NCBI GenBank assembly: GCA_028691515.1
Contig: JAQUZE010000002.1
Location: 88,184-152,183, forward strand
Direction of reading: 5' to 3'
From: Bacilli bacterium
GTDB taxonomy: Bacteria > Bacillota_I > Bacilli_A > ML615J-28 > CAG-698
Length of the DNA stretch: 64,000 bases
Below the pieces are notes generated by a model. It was not told the origin of the DNA. It was given only the letters and a program-made list of their open reading frames with translations, and did not search any database. Position 1 is the first letter of the stretch, and the number at the start of each line of letters is the position of its first letter. Below are positions 60,707 to 64,000 of this stretch, piece after piece. Both the position numbers and the translations under genes were made by a program.

Positions 60707-63700
60707 ATGAAATTTAAATTTAGATACATAATAATAGCTGCATTAACACTTACTATAGGTATCTTTTTATTAGCGTTTTTTGTAGGCGGGTTAATCCCTT
60801 CTGTTCTAGATAAAGATAATATTCCTTTTAATGAAGATAAATTTATTGTTGATATGGAGTATTTGCAAAAATATGATAGAAAAATTTCTTTTGGTTCTTC
60901 TTTTTCTGAAGAGGATATTAACGATTTAGTTGATAAATTAAAAGAAAATAAATATTTAGCTGAGATTACTGATTTTTATGGAGAAAAAGCTATATATATA
61001 GGACTTGGTGTAGGGGATTCAAACGAGGCAAAAGATAAAGAGTTGAAAGATGAAGAAATGTTCTTTGCCAAATTAGTAATTTCTAGAGAATTTGATAAAA
61101 ATGACTTTAAATTTACTAGTACTGAAACAGAAATTAAAGATTTTGAAATTGAATTTCTTAGTGTTAAAGCAAAGGAAAAGATTGAAAATATTCGTGTTAA
61201 TTTAATTAGTCAAGGATATACTGTAACTGTTGATGGCGATATTATTTCATTAAAATATAGCGATAATTTAGTAAAAACTAAGTTAACTGAACTTACAAAG
61301 AGACAGATGAATCAAATTGCTATAGATGGTGAAGATGCAGATCCGGTGCTTGTAGCAGCGGTTGAGGCAGCAATAGATCAAGCTAAAACAATTTTATCAA
61401 ATAAAGCAGAATCAATTGCTAGAAGTGAGTTATTGACTGGAATTACATTTGAATCTAGTATTTTTGAAACAAGTAAAATTGTTGCGCAAAATGATAAATT
61501 TACAATGTATTTTGATGAAAGTACTACTCATGTAATGGTAGGTTTAAATGAAAGTGCTGTTTTACGAGTTGATATTGATGATAATCCAATTCTTGATAAT
61601 CAGGGCAATAAAATTTATGATGACTATAAAGTAGTATATCGCTTGTCTGAATATTATAATGAAACAAATGAATTAGTAAATGGGGATTCTATTGTTGTAT
61701 ATTCCTATGGAAGCGATGGAAAAGTCCAAACTTCTGGTCTTGGAACATTTTCAAATAGTGTTCAGTATTATGATTTGATTCAGAAGAAAAATACAAGACA
61801 TTATAGTATTAATTATGATGTGGAAAATGGATTACAAGTATTATATGATATTGGTAATTTTACTAATATTAATAGTTTCTTTCCAAGACAAATTGATCGT
61901 GAAGCTATTGAAGATGTAGTAAGGGGAAATTTTTGGCTAATACAAGAGGGTGATACTACTGCTAATACAGATGAATTTGGTAGATATCAAATGACGTATA
62001 ATGGAAGAGGTATTACTACTAGTAAAGAAGCTGCTGAATATATAGAAGAACATGAATTAGCAACGGTTATTGAAAAAAAATCACCAGATACTGGTGAGTC
62101 ATATGGATATTGGGAGTTGGCTGATGCTGTTTGGACAGAAGCAGATTTAAATTCGGGAAAAATAACTGATCCTAATTTGGTTGGTGAACCGAAAGCAGTT
62201 TTAGGTGTTCATTATAATACTGCAGTTGCTGGGGAATCACCGCTTACATCTAATCCATTTTTGAGTAATCGTGAATTTAATATTATTTTTAGTTCAAATA
62301 CTTTTGAATTAGAAAATAACAGTGATAAAGGATTTACAAATAATAATAATCTTCATTATACAAGTGCAAGTCCGCTAAATTATATTTCAAATTTTGCGTT
62401 TACTTCATCAATTTTGAAAAATGCGGTTTATGATTATTTATATGATATAAGCGATTCTAATTATTATCGTTTTGGATTAACTCTTGCAAATAAGAATGAT
62501 CCAAGTAATATTATTTATAGGGGAGATGATCCTGTTATTAGAGGAGGAGTTCATGCAAGGGATGAAGAAGGTAATTTCTTATATGATGAACTTGGTAATC
62601 CAGTAAGAGCACAATTCTCTACTCCGTATATTAATAGTGATTCAACAGAAGAAACAAGAAATATTGTTGATGAACAAAATATTAAATATGGTAATGATGC
62701 AGCATCAGCAAATAGAGTATTTAGAGTAGGTATTAATTATCAGTTGAATGATGATGGAATAGAATTTACTATTATGAATGATGCTATTATAGAAGGTAGA
62801 ACAGCAATTGAACGTGGAGATAAATATGCTCATGATGCTAAAATAGCTAGAATGAATGTTTTGCCATATTTTACTTCTAATTATAGTGCTACATCTATTG
62901 GTGAGATGATTATTCCTGATGGTAGTGGAGGAGTAATTAGTTTTAATAGTATTATGGATGAACAAAATGTAGTTTCTTATCAATCAAAACCGATTTATGG
63001 TGCTGATATGAACTATGTTCCACGTGAGCAACCAGCAAGTGTAGAAAAAATAATGATGGGAATGTTCGGCTATTTAGATAAAACTTCTAATATTGGAGTT
63101 TTGGCAATTGCTGATAAAGGCGCTAGTCAAACAGATATTGTTTCAGACTTTAAAAGAGCAGCTTCTACTAAAAGTTCTAATTATATATATTTCATTGCAA
63201 GATTAAGAGAATCTGAAAATGTTTTTGCGGGTGTTGGATATTATGAATCTTCATTTGTGAAATGGACTGATTTTAGATTTTTAAGTGATTTTAAATATGT
63301 TTATAATTTTGTTGTTCCTGAAATTGATTCAACAAGAAATATAGAATCCGATAATTTTAATTATGTTGAAATAGCAAAAATGTATCGTGAATATTTAATT
63401 AATAAATATAATTATGTTGATAAAGACAAAACAACAGATAATGTAGTTAATGTTAATTTTCTTGGAGCATTTGAAAAGAAAGCTTTAAAAATGGGAATTG
63501 TATATGATAAAGATTATAGTTTAACGACATTTATGCAAGCAAAGACTATATTAGAAGAATTATCTGAAAATGGGATTACCGAATTTAGTGTAGCCTATAC
63601 CTCTTGGACAAGTGATAAAATGGAAAACGAAGCTGTAAAAGATGTTAAAGTTGCTAAAATACTTGGCGGAAGTAAAGGTTTAAATGATTTAATGGGTTAT

Positions 63701-64000
63701 CTTGATGAAAACCTAATTGCTTTATATCCAACGGTAAATGTAGCAAAACATAAAGGTTATGATTATGCTTTTGGAAATCAAAAATATACTACTAGAAGTG
63801 TTAGTAACACACAAGCTCTTCATTATCCGTATGTTATACCAACTAAAATGCAAAATAAGAGAAAAACTCCTAATTATTATTTATCTCCAAGTTATTATGA
63901 ATCCTATAGTGAAAATTATTTAAATAGTTTTCAGAAATTAAGCAATAATGTTTATTTGTCTGATTTAGGAAATGAAAAAGTAGGAGATTATTCAAAAAAG
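60707..64000 (+). CDS. Very large extracellular protein with N-terminal TM anchor, 3' partial (at least 1098 aa; open at the window end); unknown function
   Basis: GTGAGG RBS before ATG 60707; TM helix IIIAALTLTIGIFLLAFFVGGLI; no stop through base 64000; absent from the ORF track only because no stop falls in the window. Confidence 0.75.
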   Translation, partial: MKFKFRYIIIAALTLTIGIFLLAFFVGGLIPSVLDKDNIPFNEDKFIVDMEYLQKYDRKISFGSSFSEEDINDLVDKLKENKYLAEITDFYGEKAIYIGLGVGDSNEAKDKELKDEEMFFAKLVISREFDKNDFKFTSTETEIKDFEIEFLSVKAKEKIENIRVNLISQGYTVTVDGDIISLKYSDNLVKTKLTELTKRQMNQIAIDGEDADPVLVAAVEAAIDQAKTILSNKAESIARSELLTGITFESSIFETSKIVAQNDKFTMYFDESTTHVMVGLNESAVLRVDIDDNPILDNQGNKIYDDYKVVYRLSEYYNETNELVNGDSIVVYSYGSDGKVQTSGLGTFSNSVQYYDLIQKKNTRHYSINYDVENGLQVLYDIGNFTNINSFFPRQIDREAIEDVVRGNFWLIQEGDTTANTDEFGRYQMTYNGRGITTSKEAAEYIEEHELATVIEKKSPDTGESYGYWELADAVWTEADLNSGKITDPNLVGEPKAVLGVHYNTAVAGESPLTSNPFLSNREFNIIFSSNTFELENNSDKGFTNNNNLHYTSASPLNYISNFAFTSSILKNAVYDYLYDISDSNYYRFGLTLANKNDPSNIIYRGDDPVIRGGVHARDEEGNFLYDELGNPVRAQFSTPYINSDSTEETRNIVDEQNIKYGNDAASANRVFRVGINYQLNDDGIEFTIMNDAIIEGRTAIERGDKYAHDAKIARMNVLPYFTSNYSATSIGEMIIPDGSGGVISFNSIMDEQNVVSYQSKPIYGADMNYVPREQPASVEKIMMGMFGYLDKTSNIGVLAIADKGASQTDIVSDFKRAASTKSSNYIYFIARLRESENVFAGVGYYESSFVKWTDFRFLSDFKYVYNFVVPEIDSTRNIESDNFNYVEIAKMYREYLINKYNYVDKDKTTDNVVNVNFLGAFEKKALKMGIVYDKDYSLTTFMQAKTILEELSENGITEFSVAYTSWTSDKMENEAVKDVKVAKILGGSKGLNDLMGYLDENLIALYPTVNVAKHKGYDYAFGNQKYTTRSVSNTQALHYPYVIPTKMQNKRKTPNYYLSPSYYESYSENYLNSFQKLSNNVYLSDLGNEKVGDYSKK

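Overview
The window is a chromosomal segment from a very AT-rich, low-GC Gram-positive (Bacillota-type) genome. It uses the standard genetic code, carries LtaS and a peptidoglycan amidase, and gene starts show strong GGAGG-type RBSs. Gene content is mostly housekeeping plus anaerobic amino-acid and glycan catabolism. I found no CRISPR array, integrase, transposase, prophage, restriction-modification system, toxin-antitoxin pair or recognisable defence island, and no obvious transcriptional regulator anywhere in the 64 kb.

Layout:
- Bases 1-25860 are a single co-directional + strand run. It holds the 3' end of lpdA, a degenerate ABC-like pair, ltaS, tilS-hpt-ftsH, rqcP, maf, a giant Big_2/amidase lipoprotein, and a 12-kb cluster joining D-ornithine oxidative (Stickland-type) degradation (ord-ortA-ortB-oraS-oraE-mutL-like-orr-alr) to the arginine deiminase pathway (arcA-arcB-arcC).
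- Next come convergent M42 peptidase/hslO on the - strand, YcxB-like proteins, lysS (-), an orphan ZnuA-like lipoprotein, tRNA-Tyr and tRNA-Gln, GDPD, glyA, malic enzyme, a divergent aspartase-family protein, DppA (-), more YcxB-like genes, rluA-family, a DUF2207-LemA pair, rpmE (-), tdk, tadA, an SRP RNA with no ORF call, dusB, lysA and a M19 dipeptidase/serine hydrolase/GNAT block.
- The last 14 kb is a putative N-acetylhexosamine-glycan utilisation locus: YngK-like GH, a GH20 hexosaminidase, a 1067-aa CBM-fused solute-binding protein, and two CUT1 permeases with no ATPase.
- After the permeases comes a conserved module of unknown function: an NHL/TPR protein, a Yip1 membrane protein, and a >1098-aa extracellular protein that runs off the window end.

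The cluster with the clearest biological story is the integrated arginine->ornithine->acetyl-CoA+alanine operon. The least characterised candidates are the NHL-Yip1-giant protein module and the Big_2-amidase lipoprotein.
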